Source: an uncultured virus (IMG/VR IMGVR_UViG_3300042366_001473)
Taxonomy: Duplodnaviria; Heunggongvirae; Uroviricota; Caudoviricetes
IMG/VR virus record: IMGVR_UViG_3300042366_001473
Reading direction: 5' to 3' (one strand)
DNA: 64,000 nt
Shown: piece by piece, positions 63,977 to 64,000 of the stretch
How the letters are laid out: each line of letters starts with the position of its first letter
Position numbering within the stretch: position 1 is the first letter of the stretch
Made by a program: the position numbers and the translations under genes
The notes under the pieces: generated by a model
What the model was told of the DNA's origin: nothing
The model's database searches: none
Seen by the model: only the letters and a program-made list of their open reading frames with translations

Positions 63977-64000
63977 TTGCTAAATTTCTATGTTGGAATA

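Noticed and set aside
1..64000. tRNA or rRNA genes
   Set aside because: No cloverleaf with a T-loop GTTCRA and acceptor stem was found by eye in the few intergenic gaps; tRNAscan-SE would confirm.

Overview
This window is 64 kb of a large lytic dsDNA tailed phage, myovirus-like and distantly T4-related. Standard code 11 applies and most genes are on the minus strand. Core genes recognisable by motif: ATP-dependent DNA ligase, PAAR spike tip, glutaredoxin, class Ia nrdA/nrdB, PD-(D/E)XK exonuclease, iscU/iscA, gp41/DnaB helicase, gp61-like primase, gp62-like clamp-loader subunit, UvsW, UvsY, RecA/UvsX, gp32-like SSB, large terminase and fibre/adhesin proteins. The host is probably a proteobacterium (inferred from the IscU/IscA and RNR types). 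Accessory genes, often visibly AT-richer, are slotted between core genes: 4 radical SAM enzymes, 4 SGNH-like hydrolases, a PRMT-like methyltransferase and a ~7 kb glycosyltransferase/methyltransferase island. Two promoter classes can be read directly: near-identical sigma70 early promoters (TTGACC-N17-TATAAT) and a TAAATA late motif. Many predicted transcripts appear leaderless. The most unusual items are (1) a 189-aa minimal DnaE-like catalytic core, (2) a hairpin-loop sequence antisense to the GGAGCCAA ribosome-binding site shared by early genes, (3) a promoter-driven multi-hairpin RNA near 1.3 kb, (4) a Pol-beta NTase + ligase-like fusion with possible capsid-targeting/cleavage sites, and (5) sequence scars of gene insertion and replacement. 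All functional calls come from reading motifs by eye; no database searches or folding programs were run.
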